Of a stretch of 64,000 nt of DNA, positions 60,708 through 64,000 are shown piece after piece. The stretch comes from an uncultured delta proteobacterium (GTDB lineage Bacteria > Desulfobacterota > Desulfuromonadia > Geobacterales > DSM-12255). The stretch covers positions 32,001-96,000 of the forward strand of contig CAWBBV010000016.1 of assembly GCA_963787125.1 (NCBI GenBank), in the 5' to 3' direction. Position 1 is the stretch's first letter, and every line of letters starts with the position of its first letter. The position numbers were made by a program, and so were the translations under genes. The notes beneath the pieces are model-generated. The model made no database searches. It was not told the DNA's origin and saw only the letters and a program-made list of their open reading frames with translations.

Positions 60708-60791
60708 CGCCTTCATCCGGCTTACTCGCTGGCAAAGCGCCGACGAAGTGGCTTGGGGCACTTAATTTACTGAAAATATGTTAGCGGCCAC

Positions 60792-60861
60792 AAATATAGT
60801 TAAGACTATTTTATAGTCCACTGAAAAATAGTCTTGACTATATTTCAGTGGACTATAAAAT
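60792..60861. promoter_or_regulatory. Two interlocked inverted-repeat pairs overlapping a putative promoter
   Basis: A 60792-60812 pairs with A' 60825-60845 (20/21). B 60808-60826 pairs with B' 60843-60861 (19/19). TTGACT-N16-TAAAAT lies within them. Confidence 0.65.
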
Positions 60862-60868
60862 TATCAGC

Positions 60869-62086
60869 ATGGAAACACGTACTTCTTATCTTGAAACATG
60901 GAAAATACTTGCGGCTGACAAGGCGATGGTTTTTATGGCCGGCCCCAGGCAGGCGGGCAAGACAACCCTTGCGAGGATCATAGCGAAAGGTTTTACCAAC
61001 AGCCTCTACTTTAACTGGGACATCCTTGAACATCGGGCAAAACTGCTTGAAAACCCCTCTTTCTTTACCACTCTGACTCGTCACGACAACTCAAAACCCC
61101 TCATTATTTTTGATGAAATCCACAAGTACAACGACTGGAAAAATTATCTGAAAGGCATCTATGACCAGTTCGCTGCCGACTATCAATTCCTTGTAACCGG
61201 CAGCGGCAGGCTCGATCTCTACCAGAAAGGCGGTGACTCTCTTGCCGGACGCTATCTGCTGTTCAACCTCTGGCCTTTTACCGCAGCAGAGCTAGGAGCG
61301 CCCCGAGCAATGACGGCTTTCCTCGCTGATCCCCTGGCTATACCTGATGGGCTGGATGAAAAGAATGTTGCGGCCTGGCAGCAGCTTGAAACAGTGAGCG
61401 GTTTTCCTGAGCCGTTTTTGAAAGGGAATCCTTCGTCATACCGGCGCTGGAGCGGCGCTTACGGACAGCGGCTCATACGCGAGGACATCCGTGAACTGAC
61501 CGATATCCGTTCGGTTACCACTGTTGAAACGCTATACAGCCTGCTCCCTTCCAGAATCGGCAGTTCCATTTCAGTCACTTCGCTGGCCGAAGATCTGAAA
61601 GTTTCCTACATTACCGTCCAGAATTGGCTATCAATCTTTGAGCGGTTTTACCTGACCTTCAGTCTCCCTACCTGGACTGAGCGTATCAGCAGGGCAATCC
61701 AGAAGGAGCGCAAGGTCTATCTGCTTGACACTCCCCGCATCAAGGATCCTGCCGCTCGCTTTGAAAATATGGTGGCGCTCGAATTGTGGCGCGGAATCAA
61801 CTCATGGAACGCCCTGGGCGCCGGTGAATTTTCACTGCACTTCATAAAGAATAAGGAACAGCAGGAGGTTGATTTTCTGATAGCTGACGGACGGGAACCG
61901 TTTCTACTGGTTGAATGCAAGCTGAGTGACGAACAACCTTCCAAGCCGCTTTTGGCGGCACAGCGCGCACTGCGTGTCCCTGCTATTCAGCTGGTTAATT
62001 CTGCAAAAGGATATCGCCTCTTCAGCAACGACGGGATGACCGTTATGACTGCTCCGGCCTGCCACTGGTGCGCCAGTCTGCCGTAG
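60869..62086 (+). CDS. AAA+ ATPase (AAA_14 + DUF4143-like C-terminal nuclease-fold domain)
   Basis: GPRQAGKTT, FDEIHK, VTGS, SLAGR, GFPE, KVYLLD, FEN, EVDF...VECK. Confidence 0.88.
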   Translation: METRTSYLETWKILAADKAMVFMAGPRQAGKTTLARIIAKGFTNSLYFNWDILEHRAKLLENPSFFTTLTRHDNSKPLIIFDEIHKYNDWKNYLKGIYDQFAADYQFLVTGSGRLDLYQKGGDSLAGRYLLFNLWPFTAAELGAPRAMTAFLADPLAIPDGLDEKNVAAWQQLETVSGFPEPFLKGNPSSYRRWSGAYGQRLIREDIRELTDIRSVTTVETLYSLLPSRIGSSISVTSLAEDLKVSYITVQNWLSIFERFYLTFSLPTWTERISRAIQKERKVYLLDTPRIKDPAARFENMVALELWRGINSWNALGAGEFSLHFIKNKEQQEVDFLIADGREPFLLVECKLSDEQPSKPLLAAQRALRVPAIQLVNSAKGYRLFSNDGMTVMTAPACHWCASLP

Positions 62087-62169
62087 ATGCTATTGCTATT
62101 CGTAAATGAAGCTGCTGAAAGGATAGGAACTGCCGGCGGCGAAGTTCAAGCACATTCCGAAATCTGGCG

Positions 62170-62235
62170 AAAATTTAAGAACAGTATTGTTGTTTATCGG
62201 ATAGTTAGGCAATCTTTTGCATGCAAAACTTTTCA
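62170..62235 (+). repeat. Imperfect direct repeat, copy 1
   Basis: AAAATTTAAGAACAGTATTGTTGTTTATCGGATAGTTAGGCAATCTTTTGCATGCAAAACTTTTCA; matches 63288-63354. Confidence 0.75.
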
Positions 62236-62406
62236 AATTCAGGCTGTTGATTGTCTGCTCAAGTCGAATTAATTTTAGACAAAACCGTGACAGCTTTCCA
62301 ATGATCACAGATTAAATATTCCATTTGGGCGGCTCACCGGCTCACGCGTGCAAGAACCGATCAATAAGGATGTTGAACCATTAAATACCCAATAAAAATC
62401 CAAATA

Positions 62407-63189
62407 TTGGAGAAACTCATGCAAAGGAAGAAATTATATCTGTTTGGAATATCGCTTATTATTTTGGTCATCTCGATCATTTCTTACGGCTGCAATGCTC
62501 CCAACCCTTCAAGTGAAAAAATTCAATCCGTCAAGCTTTACCAATCTGTTACAGAATCATCTTTTAAAGATATAACAGCTAGTAAGCAACGAATAACTGA
62601 AGATATGTACTGTAAAATAAAAAATATGGTTGCAGCAAATGTGATGGATTATTACGATTTACGCAAAACATATAATACAGAATTAAAATGGATGAATTAC
62701 AAAAGAACTGATGATTATAATAACAAAGTATTACAAATGAACAAGGACAAAGAAACTGCATTAGCTAAACAGTATTACATTATATATGGTGAAAATCGTA
62801 AAGGTGAACACTATAACGCATATAAGATATTAGATTATAATGTTTACAATAATTTCATTCCAATTATTTTTGAATCTGAGCTTGATGATAGCGGGAGTTC
62901 AAGTTACGAAAATTGGAAATCAATGCATAAAATAGATATGAAGATGTTGCCCTTTGAATTCGAAAACTTGTACCCAAGTCAACGTCCACCTCATATTATT
63001 AACAAAAAACTATATTTACCAATGTCATCAGAACTTGGTGGAATTATAGAAAATAACCGTGGTAGTATTAATGTGTTAGTCACTTTTGGGTTAAATGATT
63101 CTGCCGATGTAAAGTTACCAATTGAATTATGCATATATAATAAAATATCTGGTAAAATTTATGTCGTATACACATACAACTATAATTGA
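62407..63189 (+). CDS. AT-rich hypothetical putative lipoprotein
   Basis: 260-aa ORF with a hydrophobic N-terminus ending ISYGC and very low GC. ATG 62419 is an alternative start. Confidence 0.6.
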   Translation: MEKLMQRKKLYLFGISLIILVISIISYGCNAPNPSSEKIQSVKLYQSVTESSFKDITASKQRITEDMYCKIKNMVAANVMDYYDLRKTYNTELKWMNYKRTDDYNNKVLQMNKDKETALAKQYYIIYGENRKGEHYNAYKILDYNVYNNFIPIIFESELDDSGSSSYENWKSMHKIDMKMLPFEFENLYPSQRPPHIINKKLYLPMSSELGGIIENNRGSINVLVTFGLNDSADVKLPIELCIYNKISGKIYVVYTYNYN

Positions 63190-63287
63190 TGATTGTACTT
63201 ATTACTGTTTATTTTAAAGGCTAATACTACCGACTATCTCCGTTTCTTCCCATTTCTTCCATTAAAGTGAATGTTCGCAATGGCAGA

Positions 63288-63354
63288 AAAATTTGCAAAC
63301 TGTACTGTTATTTTTCAGATAGTTAAGTCAATCTTTTGCCGGCAAAACTTTTCA
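63288..63354 (+). repeat. Imperfect direct repeat, copy 2
   Basis: AAAATTTGCAAACTGTACTGTTATTTTTCAGATAGTTAAGTCAATCTTTTGCCGGCAAAACTTTTCA. Confidence 0.75.
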
Positions 63355-63577
63355 TTTTTTTAATATTGCTGGTTGTCATTTAGCAGCTGAGGTCACAGGC
63401 TGCAGATGGAAACCGGAAGAAGAGCTCCGGTTTGCGAAGTACGGCACAGTAGCCAAGGACCTTAAGAAAACCATATACATATAGTTAGGTCGGCCAACCG
63501 GTGATAAATACAAAACGTCTGATCAAGTACGAGTTATCGCCCCACGAATACCAACCAACCAACGAAAGGATTGCCTC

Positions 63578-64000
63578 ATGGAAAATACGACCCCTGACAA
63601 CATCGAGACACTTAAAAAACAGGCATCTGACAGGACGAGCTATAAAAATCGCTTAGAGGCAGTGGAAGCGATTGGCAATTTCAAGTGTCAGCAATCAAAG
63701 GACATTCTCTGGCGACTAATGATGAATGATAAAGTATACGCAGTACAGGAACTTTCATTCAGAAAGCTACAAGCGTTTGGGGAGGCGGTCAAACTGCCAC
63801 GAAAACAGAAGGGCAATTTGATCAAAGACATTGACAAAAAACTAAGCAAAGTTCTGACCTCCATAGGTGGAGATTATTCTGAAACTATTTTCAATCAAAG
63901 TTTCCAACAGCTGTACCCTGAGGAATTTGACATTTACACTTATGAGAAGAGTACTGGCTTCAACAAGTGGGTCCTGAATGCTTTATCATCTATTCCCAAG
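63578..64000 (+). CDS. HEAT-repeat-like protein (runs off the right edge; absent from the ORF track)
   Basis: Manual translation MENTTPDNIETLKKQASDRTSYKNRLEAVEAIGNFKCQQSKDILWRLMMNDKVYAVQ... is open to 64000, with an AAGGA SD. Confidence 0.65.
   Translation, partial: MENTTPDNIETLKKQASDRTSYKNRLEAVEAIGNFKCQQSKDILWRLMMNDKVYAVQELSFRKLQAFGEAVKLPRKQKGNLIKDIDKKLSKVLTSIGGDYSETIFNQSFQQLYPEEFDIYTYEKSTGFNKWVLNALSSIPK

Noticed and set aside
59758..60735. 325-aa minus-strand ORF
   Set aside because: Antisense shadow of proA.

Overview
This is a bacterial chromosomal window whose gene content points to Geobacteraceae/Desulfuromonadia (inferred from gene content only). (1) 1-23487 is a Tn7-family element inserted at the canonical attTn7 position, 24 bp past the glmS stop. 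It carries a full tnsABCDE set and a right end with 20-bp TnsB-type repeats. tnsC is split by a 1901-nt group IIC intron whose removal restores an in-frame TnsC C-terminus. The probable cargo is a tandem array of three ~1000-aa secreted transglutaminase-fold proteins. Each has a near-identical body and a different AT-rich hydrophobic C-terminal tip, and two are followed by an unrelated small AT-rich membrane-protein gene. This is a polymorphic toxin/immunity-like layout that I do not recognise as a characterised system. One copy is broken by an IS3 element, another is directly followed by an IS1380 element, and a defence-gene remnant lies between copies. (2) 23512-60621 is mostly core genome (glmS, glmU, plsY, lpxH-like, tatA, uvrB, comF, DinG helicase, proA), plus an operon joining a hybrid kinase/PP2C/anti-sigma/STAS partner switch to a GspE/PulE ATPase and a pilin. 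(3) 60660-64000 is a small accessory region with interlocked palindromes, an AAA+ ATPase, a duplicated ~66-bp element and AT-rich genes. No rRNA, tRNA, CRISPR array or cas gene was seen. All calls come from reading the sequence; no searches were run.
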